Assembly (NCBI GenBank): GCA_951406725.2
Contig: OX597814.1
Span: forward strand, 225,370,001 to 225,434,000
Reading direction: 5' to 3'
Origin: Octopus vulgaris
Taxonomy: Eukaryota
Length of the DNA stretch: 64,000 nt
Positions 39,871-52,909 of this stretch are shown here, piece by piece. The first letter of the stretch is position 1, and each line of letters begins with the position of its first letter. The position numbers and the translations under genes are program-made. The notes under the pieces were generated by a model. It did no database searches, was not told where the DNA came from, and was given only the letters and a program-made list of their open reading frames with translations.

Positions 39871-42169
39871 AACTGAAATTGCTTTATGCAAAGGTTCGAA
39901 ACTAGGCTATTTTAGAGACTGGCCACTACAAGTATTCGATAACATACAAAATTTAAAACAATACATATTTTTAACTTTATAGATTTAATTCCAATTTTAA
40001 ATAACTGTATAAGAAAATGAGTGCTGAATGTTAGCAAATATTTAAACATAACAAAGAATTACTATGTTTTGTTAGATAAAATAAATCGTATCTGAAGTTT
40101 CTTCTTCTTTTTGCAAATATCATAAAGATCTTGGCGGCACTTGAATTCCCGTTCCGCACTCTGATTAGTTCTGGAGATTTCCAGTTTTGATGGTTCTCGA
40201 CTCCAAAAGATTTTTACAGAATCCATTGTTTTTTTTTATGAACTTGCAGGCTACCACATAACTTCTGATAATTATGTGCATTGAACATTTGGTTACTAAA
40301 CCAAAATTCTGTCCAACTGTAAGAGATGAATCGGCAAACATTGAGAAGCAAAAATATTTTCTCTGGTAGAAGAATAAATGCCAAAATAGCTAATATTGCT
40401 CGAGAACTCCATCTTACATTACTTAAGTTCGGCAGTTTTTGAAACCTTACAGAAGGAAATTTTCCGGTTTCTTCAAAGAAACGAAAACTGTGGTCAGATG
40501 AAATAGAAATTTCATGTCATCTCGCCAGCCTATTGATTCGGTAATATTTTCTTCACCATAGCTAAAATTAACCTGGAGTTTCTCGTAATTACTTAGAAGC
40601 TCTGGAATGAATTGTGAGATTACTTTTTTTCTCCAAGTTCGTTATCCATTACAACACGAAGAACTCTGTCAAAGGTATGATGCTGACAACCAATAAATTG
40701 TGGTTCTTTCAAACCCTTTTGAGCAAATAATCTTTGCAACTGAATGACAATGCCATTTCTACACTCAGTGTTCACACTCGTTGTATCAGCGACAATCATC
40801 CTTACACAGTTCCATAAATTGTATTCATCTAAAGCAGTATCGGCTTTTCTGTTTATTCTTTAAAACTAGCACTTGGTATTCTTGGTCATCGATACGTTTA
40901 TCATCGAAATGCAATGACCAGTTTTCTAAATGTAGTGTTTTCTTCATTTTCTTTTATAGTGTAACAGCTTCTTTGATAGTCGATCTGTAAATACAAGATT
41001 GGGAAGGAGTCTTGACATTGATTCCATTTTGAGATAATTGTCGACAAACTGTTGTTGTTTTTTGGGTTGACAGCTTAGAAGATATTACTAACTTGGTTGC
41101 GGTTCCAGTTTTGCTATACTTCCACCTTGTTTGTGTGGATTCTTCATCTGTTTCTTGGGACTCTTGATATTCACTTTGAGTCTCTACTTCAGACGTTGAT
41201 AATGACACTGGAGTTGCTCTGGTTGAAGTTGGCATTAAGGACACTTTTCTTCTTTTGGATGGATTGTTAGTTTTGAAACTGGCTGCCTATCCAATTGCAT
41301 ACCTAACCTGTCCCTTGCTTTCAATTTCAAGATGATATAACCTTCTATCCTTACTGTACAACCATTCACCGTTTTCCTTTGTGATGTGAAAATTTCCTTT
41401 CAATGAATCGTATTTTCCTTGTTTTACACATTTATCGTAGGTATTCAGCACTTTTTCTACTTTTGCTACTACATTTTGAATTGATTTCTTTTGCCATAAA
41501 AATGTTACTTCTGTCGAAATTTCCTTCCTTCTTTCTTTCTTTCTTTTGATGGTACCTCCAAGGAACAAGTAGCGACCGACAATTTGAAGTTTCATTGGCA
41601 TCCTGCAGTTGTTTTCCAAAGAATGCTCTTCTAGAGGAACAGGTCTTCTTTTCCTATGTGATTCATGAAATTGCACAAGATTCTTCGTCCAGATTTTTTG
41701 TTTCGTTGAGTGTCACAAGCACATCTCTTATATGACATTATTTTAGATAGTCTAGTTGGATAAGCCTACTATTCTGAAAGGCAGTTAATATAGTCAGAGT
41801 TTTTAGCGTCACAGAAAAAAGAGAGAGGAAGAGGATTTTTCCTAAAGTAGGGCCTAAGTGGTAACAAACTAAAAACTCTATAACTCCTAAACTACTTAAA
41901 CTTGAAAGCTGAAATTTGAGATATACTGCTTCTGCACTGCATTACGTCAGCGCGCCAAGTTTAGTAAAAACTTGAGTAGGCATTATGAACTCCCTACCTA
42001 GGATTTTGACTGATTTGAGTCAAAAGTGGTGTTAGATTTCTTCAGGTGGGGGTAACTTTTTTTTAAAAACCTTAAAATAAAGGTTATTTTCCCTGCTTAT
42101 AGGAAATTGTTTATCGACTTTTGATACAGGAAATTGTTTACTTCCCCAAAAAGTCAAAAAGTCATAACC

Positions 42170-42210
<41 letters not shown>

Positions 42211-42920
42211 TTTCATTCTTTTATTCTTTTATATGTTTCATCCTTGAGGCTGTAGCCATGGTGGGGCATATATAAATAGTTATTTTTGAAGTTTATGTTG
42301 CGTTGTGTTGATAGACTTCCACTTGAAATCCCCGCGTTTACAATCAAAACTTGCTATCATAGTAACAACACTACTTCTCAAACTATCCATCCCTTTCTCG
42401 CTCTCGCTCTCCCTTTCTCTCTTTTTCTTTCTCTCTCTTTCTCTCTCTTTCTCTTTCATACTCTTTTTCTCTCTCTCATTGTATTTCTTTCTCAACATTT
42501 TCTCCGCCCCTTCTAAATATACGTTGTGACAAGAGTTATCTCTCCTTTTGATTCCTCGCCTTCTTCCCTCCCTCTCACACATGTTCTGACGGACAGACAG
42601 ATGGAGATCAGCTTCTTTTTATAATGTAAGATTTATTTTTCTTTCAGAATACCGAATTACTGTCTGTGTGTCTCAGTATATTTATATTTGTATATGATGG
42701 CTATTCATCCTTCGAGCCACGTTCAAGTCTTGACCATATGCTCTTCTTTATTTCTCATACTATCATAGTCAGACTTCCATTATTCAATGTGTCGTTTCCT
42801 TTTGATTCTTTGATTTTATTCATATCGATTAATCACTGTAGATATCGATGCCTTCGTTCAAGTTGATCTTTTCATTAGAAGCAGCTGCTGTTGCAACAGC
42901 AATATCGAAAACACAACAGC

Positions 42921-42997
<77 letters not shown>

Positions 42998-43049
42998 ATG
43001 GGATGGGATGATGATGATGGCAGTAGTGGTGATTAGTGTGGTGATGGTT

Positions 43050-43089
<40 letters not shown>

Positions 43090-43191
43090 CAGCAGCAGCA
43101 GTAGCAGTAGCAGTTGTAGTAGTAGTGATGGTCGGAGGTGGGTGATGGTGGTGGTGGTTGTGGTGGTTGTCGTAATATTAGCAGCAGCAGC

Positions 43192-43230
<39 letters not shown>

Positions 43231-43463
43231 TATTAATTGTTGTTGTTTGTTTTATCACAGGAGTTGATCTAATTACAAGTAGCGTATCGAATCTGATTGC
43301 TGAAGACGATAATGACGTGTGTGGGTGAGGGAGCTGATTGTGGTGGTGTTGGCAGCAGTGATTTTAGAGGGGTCGAATAAAAGGGGGGAGATATAATATG
43401 GTAGAGTTTGGATAACGGTATATAATATGGTAGAAAGGGGATAACGGCAATAACTAATAGTAA

Positions 43464-43679
43464 TGGTGGCGGCGGTGGTGGTGGTGGTGGTGGTGGCGGC
43501 GGTGGTGGTGGTGGTGGTGGTGGTGGTGGTGGTGGTGGTGGTGGTGGCGGTGGTGGTGGTGGTGGTGGTGGTGGTGGCGGTGGTGGTGGTGGTGGTGGTG
43601 GTGGTGGTGGCGGCGGCGGTGGTGGCGGCGGCGGTGGTGGTGGTGGTGGCGGTGGTGGTGGTGGTGGTGGTGGTGGTGA
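43464..43679. repeat. (GGT/GGC)n trinucleotide tract
   Basis: Direct observation; explains the polyP/T/H/V ORFs. Confidence 0.95.
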
Positions 43680-43984
43680 TTGTGTCGATGATGTTGCTGG
43701 TGGTGGTTGTTTTGGGAAAACTTCGATAACAACATGAAGAATATGAATAATGATTGATTCTCTTAATAGTAATGAATATTGCGATGAGTGACATGAGGAA
43801 CGTTGTAATGAGGACGTGAATGCTGTTGCCTTAACTGTTAGTAGTATCTGTAACATATTTACTATTCCAGATTTGAGAAATATATCAAGTCTCAATTCTT
43901 GCACGAAAAATAAAACTGCATCCGCGAAATCATGCAAAAAGAAAAAAAAATTCAAATTTAGCAAATACCATTTAAGAATAGCAA

Positions 43985-44270
43985 TAATAAATCTCTGAAC
44001 GAGATGTAAACAGTAACCGATCGACAAAGTAAAGTATACTCAGCCATCTCGATATGGCTAACCACTAAGGGTGGGTGTTACTGTAGCTTTTAGCCCCAGG
44101 AGATCATCGTCTCCAGCTGGCTTTAGGCACACTTTCTGTGCCCTTATGGTATTTGCAAAGGGAGGTCATCCCTCTCTCGTAAACCTAAGTGATACGCACG
44201 GACTGCAGTTTCTAGGTATTTGCCTTCTCCGGCGTACGGTAATCACCGGTTTTCGATGAAGGGAGACCTA
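43985..44270 (+). mobile_element. Penelope-like terminal repeat copy with decayed antisense hammerhead
   Basis: Near identical to 39460-39620, continuing as the reverse complement of 39635-39750. Confidence 0.7.
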
Positions 44271-44929
44271 TTTGCAAATACTTATTGTTTTTCCAGTAAC
44301 TTCCGTCACTGATTTCGAAATATTTACGATGAAAGTAACTATATTTTCCTTATACGCAACTGCCATTTTTAGATCGTTGCTATGCTTATCATTATAAATT
44401 ATCTGGTGCTATCGATGTTTTTATAGAAGTAGTTACTTTTTATTGTGGCTTTTAACAGTTTGCCCTGTGCAATTCCTTGATTCTTTGGCCTGCATTTGCA
44501 CAGTATTGCAGACATCTGATATTGTTATATCGATTATGCAAGGTGCATTCCAGTTTTGAGATGTTTTGAGATGTTTTCAGGAGAGATATTCATTAAGTAT
44601 AAAAATCTAATATCCTTCAAAGTAGGATCTTCTGACTTCACTGCATTTGTTGTAACATTCCAGTCATTTCTTGAAGGAGGTCCTACAAATTGACCTTTAC
44701 CACAACCGCCTTAATCTTTTCAATGTCTTTTAAAACGACTGCCCCTGAGATTCTCCTTCAGCTTGGAGGACAACCAAAACTCACAGGAAGCAAGACATGG
44801 GCTGTAAGATGGGTGATGGACAATTTTGATACCAGTCTCTACTAAATAGTTGGTTGTCAGGATGATATTGTAAACTGGTGCAATGTTCTGATGCAGGTGC
44901 CACTGACCTCTTTTTCGACAAAATCTCTT

Positions 44930-45285
44930 CCTGCACTCTCTTAAACCCTTTACAAAGTACTATTTGTTGGATGCCTAGCCAGAGGGAACCCAGTGAATGT
45001 AAATGATGCTCTTGCTATCGAAAAAGGGTACCATGAAATCCTGTTGGACTTGCTTTGCCAGGCCTTCTTGGGTCTGGTGAAACCAGGATGCTTTCATTGG
45101 ACACTCTATCTCTTGGTCTCCAGATCACCACAGAAGATCCAGCTTTCGTAACCGGTCACCAGAGATTCAAATACTCTAGGATTGGAGGTAATGAGTTTAA
45201 CCATTTCTCTGCTTTCATCAACCCGTCTTTCCTTCTTTTCCTCGCCGAACAACCTGGAACAAACTTTGCACAAATTTTGTGAAGG
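44930..45285 (-). mobile_element. Mariner remnant
   Basis: LVTGYESWI (IVTGDETW-like) and KHPGFTRPKK. Confidence 0.7.
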
Positions 45286-46711
45286 TTCAGATCTTCATAA
45301 TTTTGAGTACATTTTTCTCACCAGTCGAGCAATCACGTATATTCTCACTCTTTGGCTCATTTTTAAAAGTAGTAGAGCAAAGGATATTCGTAGAAGCAAT
45401 GACAGAAAACAGAACAGAACCAATAACAAGCGCTATAATACCAACAAGAATAATAAGAAAATCTACGGCTGCAGTAGGGGCGGCAACATTGCAAGCGACG
45501 ATAATACACTGAACATCACGCGAGGGTTTTTGTTTGGACAAAACTTGATATTATTCAATATACATGAAGATATCAAATTTCCGTTAAAATACGAAAGAAG
45601 ACATGAAACTATTACAAAGGATGACTAGAGACAGAGATAACTGTAGAAGTCCTTAACTCTTCTATGCGTTCACTCAGATAATCATCTTTCCCTCATTCAT
45701 TGCTTCTAAGATATTCAGGTAACCCACTAAAATTTAAACACTGAATTGTAAGGTCGAATCAAGAGAGATTTGATTAGCACTAAAATATATCATGGGGTTG
45801 AGAGTTTCACCCGTAAATGCACAAGACAGCTTTCAGTCTGAATATCGGAACAAGTCACATAAACTTCTTTGTGAGGAAATGATGTGAGGTGTTGCAAAGG
45901 ATTTTTGGCTATTGGCAGACAGGAAGCAATTTCAGTTGTATAAATCGGAAAGTGGTCATAATAGAAACTTTCGGGGTTATGAATATTTCCTCTACAGTGT
46001 GTCGTTGGTCCAACAAGTCAGTTTGTATGCATGTGGACGCACGCGCGTGTGCTTACTGTCATGAGACCCACAACAACAAATGCAATTTTGTGAACATTTA
46101 TCCAGGAGAGACTCCATTTTGTATGATACATTGTAGAAGAAACATTCAATATGTTTGGCTTCGATGGGCTTTTGTCATTTATGATTTGTTGACAGTGATC
46201 AATAAATACTTGATTACGTGCTGGAAATTACGTGCACAAGATTATAGCCATTCCTTCTAAATATGTGGCCTTGTGTCAGTTTTAAGAAACTATCCTTTTG
46301 CAAACTAATGAGAGAATATCTACGTGGGCATACAAACTTCTAGAAATATCAGCCAAATCTCTCAAAAATCGTACCCTGCAATATAAAAGTTTTACGTTCC
46401 GCTGATGGTTTTTATACTGGCATTTCGAATAAAATATATGTAAACAGTACTAAAGAAAGTAGTTCACTTGAAAATAGATTAGCAGAAATCGATTGAGTGT
46501 TGATCCATGAAACCAAAAATTAAAACTGTGCAGTTAATATACAAGTATGAATAAGAAAAGGACACATTACATAGTTTAGTTCGGAAACACAGAAAAGAAA
46601 ACGAGTCGTTTACGGGTAGAATGTCCTTCATCATAGCCTGAGATTTAAACAACAACAGCAACACCATTCTAATGAGCAGTAGGTGATTCTATTTGTGAAT
46701 ACAATACTAAA

Positions 46712-46880
46712 TTCAAATTTTGGCTTAAGGCCAGCAATTTCGGGAGAGAGGTAAGTCGATTACATCTCCCCAGTTCTCAACTGGTACTTAATTTATCGAC
46801 TTAAAACTGATCAAAAGCGAAAGTGACTTCAGTGGAATTTGAACTCAGAACGTAAAGGCGGTTGAAATGCCGCTAAACAA
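46712..46880 (-). mobile_element. SINE family A, tail B, partial
   Basis: Core and tail match. Confidence 0.65.
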
Positions 46881-47847
46881 AATTGCTGCCCTGTTTGTGA
46901 TAACAATATTGAGAGTAATTTAATGGACATTCTAACTCATCGTTTCTTGCATATCTTTCCGGCTTTCCCTCTCTTTTCTTTCTCTCTTTCTTTCCCCCTC
47001 TCATTTTCTTTTTATCTCTTTCATGCTCATTCGTATCATCTTTTATCTACCATCAGCAAATATTGACATGCAATCGATAACGGAACACTAATTTACAGGA
47101 AGTGCTCTGATATGGGTCCTTATGTTTACCGTCTTGCTGGGCAACTGATTTGAATCCAAGATCTAGACAAGGCTAGATGTTGAAAGTTAAGGCAACAGGT
47201 TGGTGTAGTTTTTAATCTCAAGTGACATTTACACATATGTTCTTATTCGGGCTAATCTATTAATGATTTTCTGTATTGCATATGCATATTAATGCATAAA
47301 CATACGCACACATGTACACACAAACGCACATATATACTCACATGCATAAATATATACACATGCACACGCACATGCAGACGTATAGACACATCCAACAGAT
47401 GTGCCATAAGACAATCGAGTTTCTCAATTAAAGAATCCATGTTATCTTAAAGTACATTTTGTGTATCTTTTGTCTAATATGTTTTATCCCTACCACAAGT
47501 GGGCCCTCATGGACAGACGCTAATCTCATAAAGGCACACACGTGCGCATAGGCGTAGATCGACCGACAGATGGAAAGATAGATGAGCAGATGGATAGATG
47601 GATAGAGGAAGAAAGTGACGGACAAAGAAACAGATTGACAGACAGACAGACAGACAGATAGCCAAACAGAGGGACAAACAGACAAACAGGCAGGTAGGAA
47701 AGTAGGGAGTTAGGTAGGTAGGGAGGTAGGTAGGGAGGTAGGGAGGTAGGGAGGTTGGTTGATAAATAGGTTGGTGCATTGATGGATAGATGAATGCATA
47801 GATAGATAAGTTGATAAATAATTGAAGTGATAAATAGATAGATAGGT

Positions 47848-47888
<41 letters not shown>

Positions 47889-47973
47889 CAGATAGACAGT
47901 TAGACAGACAGAGAGACAGTTAGGCAGATCGACAGACGGACACACAGTTAGACAGACAGACAGACAGACAGAC

Positions 47974-48024
<51 letters not shown>

Positions 48025-48130
48025 CAGACAAACAGACAGACAGTCAAGCAGGCAAACAGACAGTTAGACAGACAGGCAAATTGACAGACGGACACAATTA
48101 GACAGACAGACAGACAGACTAATAGATAGA

Positions 48131-48568
48131 TATGATTCTTTATTAGCCACACAGGGCTGAACAGAGAGGGGACAAATTACAAAGTAGAGCTTTTCTTTTG
48201 GGGGATGAAAAAAGGGTGGGGTAGTTTTTCGATCAAAAGTGATCGTAAAAAAAAACGATCAATAGGGATCGTGTGTCACAGAAATGTCATGATGTAAAGT
48301 GTAAAGGGGGAATCAGATGAGGTTTATCCGTGGAAAGAAAAGGCTACGGAAAAGACCACGGTAACCTCGGTCAATAATGTCACATGTTAACACATTTAAT
48401 TGCAAGCAAGTAACTCTGTTTTAAATTTTTCCGGGTTCATAGGATTAAGCTCAAGGTGGCTTCGTCATTCATACGTGCCATCCTTGCTACATTCACCCAT
48501 CTTTTTTTGAAACATTCGGTAGACAAAACTTGCCTCTCTACTCTCACTTTCCTTTTCAAGTGATACTT
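48131..48568 (-). mobile_element. 5'-truncated Tx1 copy in (GATA)n
   Basis: KYHLKRKVRVERQVLS...RMNDEATLSLIL* plus 3'UTR ending GGCTAATAAAGAA; GATA repeats on both sides. Confidence 0.9.
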
Positions 48569-48780
<212 letters not shown>

Positions 48781-49082
48781 AGATAGAAAGATAGAGAATA
48801 TGTAATCAGTTTTCGTCAACTGACGTAATGTAATAGGTATGTAGTATGAGTGCTCAGGTTTACCACTCCGGCTTGAACCGCAGCTGAAAGTGTGGTGCTG
48901 AGACTGTTTATCAGAGGTGCTAAGAAGTGGTTTTTCCTTGAGCATGTAGATTGAAAGATAGACAGACAGATAGGTAGATATATAAACAGACAGACAGACA
49001 GATAGATAGAAAGAAACAGACAGACAGACAGACAGATAGATAGAAAGACACAGACAGACAGCTAGCTAGCTAGATAGCTAAC

Positions 49083-49170
<88 letters not shown>

Positions 49171-49478
49171 GAGAGAGATAACTTTCTTTTATTAGCCACA
49201 CAGGGCTGAATACAGAGGGGACAAATACAAATGCAGAGCTTTTCTTTTCGAGGGTGGAAAAAAAGAAAATAAATGTAAGATTGCGATCAAAAGGGATCGA
49301 GAGGAGGAAAAAAAAGAAAAGAAATCGTGTATCACAGAAACAATGATAAAAACATTGATAAAACAAGATTGGGTTCATCCGTGGGAAGAAAAGCCTACAG
49401 AAAAGACCACGGGAAACTCAGTCAGGGAGGAAATAACCACATGAGATCAAAATGCTCTCTTTCTTTCTTTTTTACGAT

Positions 49479-52400
49479 CTACAGGATCATGCTCAAAATG
49501 GTTTCGTCACTCGCACGCACCATCTTTGCAACATTCACCCATCTTTTTTGAATCTTTCGCGAGACAAAACTTCCTCTCCATTCTCACCTTCCTTTTCAAG
49601 TGGTACTTGAAAAAGTTGATGAGCGATTGACCAGAGAGGTAAGTGTTTGTCTCTAATCCTTTCGCTCGGGTCCACCACACACATTCTTTCACTATGGCCA
49701 CCAGTACGATCAAAACTGCCTTGCCTTCCCGGTTGAGGGAAGGGGGCAGGGCAATACTCACGACAGACTCGGCCGATAGGCGGATTCGTCCCACACGTGA
49801 CAGCAGCCGTTCGGCATAAGCCCACAAGTCTGAAATGGTTGGACATTGCACGTGTCTGTAGAGCTTATCCCGAACAGGTAATGCTTCTCGATAGCACTAC
49901 CAGGCCAGGGATCTTTGGTGATTGTTCATAGGTCCCGGCCCGAAAGTTGTCCTGAACAGGCGTGTCAGGTGTTCCTCGTCGACGCCCAGACTCTGCCCGA
50001 GTTCGTCGTCGCACCTCCCCTCCACTAATCCTCTATAGAATGCCTTTGCTGTGATGGAGTCGCACAAGTTCGATCCCGGACGGCAGAGTTGCTTGAGAGC
50101 AACGCGACACTCGCGGTGCCATTCGCCTAGCCTCGGTCTCTGCTTGATCCATGACTGTAGTTCGTCCAAGGAGACGAGCTGTGGGAAAGCGCGCCGCACA
50201 AAAGGCGACCACACCTGTTCACCGTTGTCTATGAAGCGGAGATGTCGCAGTCTCAGCGCATGTCTGCACATCATCAACCACGGCATGCCCAGCCCTCCAT
50301 TTAGCGGGTGTTGACAGCAAATGGATCGCCTAACCATCGGAACGTTTCCCTTCCACAAGAAGCGGAAGAGTATACGTTCCAGTTTGGTGATGGTTGGGTC
50401 GGGACAAGGCACGACGGTCAGACGATACTCGATGACGGATGCGATGTACGCGTTCGCCACCTCCGCCCGACCTTTTAGGATAGCTTTCTCTTAGCCCATT
50501 TCTGGGTGAGAGTAGCCACCCTAGTCGTTATCTCGCCCCAGTTCTTCTCCATTTGGAGGTCCGGACCGAACCAGACCCCGAGCAATTTAACCGGTCCGTC
50601 CGTCCAGCGTCCCACGATGGAGACGCTGTTGGACGGCATGGGCCTGCTTCTCCAGGTGCCGAGCCGCAAGCCCACTGACTTTTCCCGGTTAATTTTTGCT
50701 CCCGTTACCGCTTCGTATTCTTTTAGTGTCTCGCCGACCAGCTCGATGTGCTCGTAGCTCGACACTATGACGGTGACGTCATCCGCGTATGCAGACACGC
50801 TCCTCCCGCATCCCAGCTCTCGTGGGATGCCCCTCAGCGTCGCCAGTTTCCGCAGTAGTGGCTCAAGAGTCAATACATACAGCAGCGATGAGAGGGGGCA
50901 TCCCTGTCGAACCGAACGCATGATGTTAAAAGGTCTGGATAGATGACCATTTACGCGAACTACTGAGCGGATGCCGCTGTATAAGGCAGCGATCCAACCG
51001 CGGAAAACTGGACCGAAACCAGCCGCTTTAAGGACAGCCTCCAAGTAGTGATGGTCTACCCTATCGAAAGCTTTTGATTGATCCAAATTGATCAGCGCCC
51101 CACCCATGCCAGGATTCTTAACTACCCTGTCTATGATGTAGCGCATCAGATGGAGGTTGTCATGAATACTTCTACCCGGCACGGCGCATGTTTGCGCCTT
51201 GTCGATTAGTTTCTTGGTGACAAGCGCCAACCTCTCGGCTAACACCTTGGCCAAAATTTTCAAATCTGCGTTGAGCAGAGGGATGGGCCTGAAATTATCT
51301 ATGACGTCCCCCTTGTTTGGGTCTTTCTTAATCAGTGCCACTGCTCCTCGCTTTACAAAAGCAGGAATACTCCCGTTTTGCTGCCAGTTGCAGTAGACAG
51401 CTGCCAAGACGCCTCCAAACAAGTCTGGCATATGAAAATAAAGTTCGTAGGGCAGACCATCCAAACCTGGTGACTTGTCTCTCGCGCAGCCTACCATCGC
51501 ATCCTGTACGTCCGCAGCTGTGATAGGCCTTTCACAAGACTCCACCTCTCTTGCTGAGAGTCGTGGCAAGGCATGCAGGTAGGCACTAAAGTCCACTCTG
51601 CGTTCTGACCCACCACTTGTCCCAAACAGTTGGGTGAAGTGTTGTTGAAAAGCCCCACACATCCTTTTAGGCTCGAGCAATTCGCACCCCTGTTCATCTA
51701 TAAGAGACTTGATGGTGGCTCTGTTGCCTCGTTGCGTCTCCACCACTCGGGCCTCTTGGGCGGCTCCAACTCCTTCGTTCCTCAGAGCACGCATCCTAGC
51801 TCTGACAACGCATCCCTCGTGTTTGGCGTTGAGGTGTTGGTCGAGGGCCAATCTCGCCGCCAGGACGTTGGACGCGATGCCAGTTCTAAGTGCCTCTTCT
51901 AAAACCTTAACTAATTCTCCCTCTATTCTATTTCGGTCTAATGCTAGGGCTTTACTGTATCTGACTGATTCTGCTTTAATTGCTTTTTTTAGGGCATTCC
52001 ACCATCTGTTGTTGATGATGGTACCTGTCAAAGCTCTCTTAACTAATGTGCTGATCCGGTCCTTGTAACCCTGTCGTGCTGTAAAAGACGCGTTCAGTTT
52101 CCATTAACCAGGACCCTGTCTATGTGTCTTATCTAAGTCAAGTGTACAAGTCACAAACTTGTGATCTGTGTAACTGACTATATGAAATTGTGGACAACCT
52201 ACACTATTTTTATCTATTGTCCTACAGAATACTCTATCTAAGTATGATCTGGACGACCCGATGCGGTTACTCCATGTCCACATTGGCACATTCGGGTGGT
52301 CCAGTCGGTACCTGTCAGACAGTTGGAAACGTCTGAGCAGGTCTTTGAGGCATTTGCATCCCCTTCTATTGCTATCTCTGCCCACGTAGTCTAGATGCGT

Positions 52401-52841
52401 GTCCAGGGTGGCATTCCAATCCCCCACTAAAAGTAAAGGACGAGACGTTCCCATGAAAGACTCTAGACGTCGAAAGAAATCTGGTCGGCCTGTTAAGGAC
52501 GGAGCATAAACTCCCTACAGTCGAAAAGCACACTCATTGCTGTCATCGACATCCAAAACGACCAGCCTACCCTCCGGGTCTAGGAAAATTGCTCTTACTT
52601 TGGGATCCAGATTCTTCCGGAGAAGCACCGCGGTGCCACCTCCGCCCATTCTCGGTAGACACGGAGAAAAATAAATGTTGAAATGTGTACCGAAACTGTG
52701 CTGGAGTGCCCGCAAGCTGTGGAGTCTGGTCTCACTGATGGCTATGATATTCAGATTTAGTGACTTGATGTCATTTAACAGGTAGCCTTGTTTCCAAGGC
52801 GACCCCAAGCCACGTACATTTATACTGCCTATTCTGAGCAT
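49479..52841 (-). pseudogene. Tx1 ORF2 (APE endonuclease and reverse transcriptase) with stops and frameshifts
   Basis: INVRGL, ISET, GDWN, LDRVF, TDH; KSPGLDGL, FRPIPLLNADLKI, DQSKAFDRV, VRQGCPLS, AYADD; the CxxC part of the C-terminal zinc finger appears deleted. Confidence 0.93.
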
Positions 52842-52909
52842 GTTCCGATAAAAAATTGTGTTTTACACACGAAAAGAAAGTGCAAAAAAGGAAAGAGAGA
52901 GAGAAAAGG

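Larger units (their letters stand above)
43273..46131 (-). pseudogene. Candidate three-exon, four-TM membrane protein pseudogene (TMEM179/MARVEL-like)
   Basis: Exons 46131-46057, 45624-45322, 43897-43273 with phase-compatible GT-AG sites; four hydrophobic segments and loop cysteines; needs two frameshifts. Confidence 0.4.

Noticed and set aside
43269-44027. 252-aa polyproline ORF suggesting a formin or extensin
   Set aside because: The tract is a (CCA/CCG)n repeat open in several frames and the ORF starts inside a repeat element
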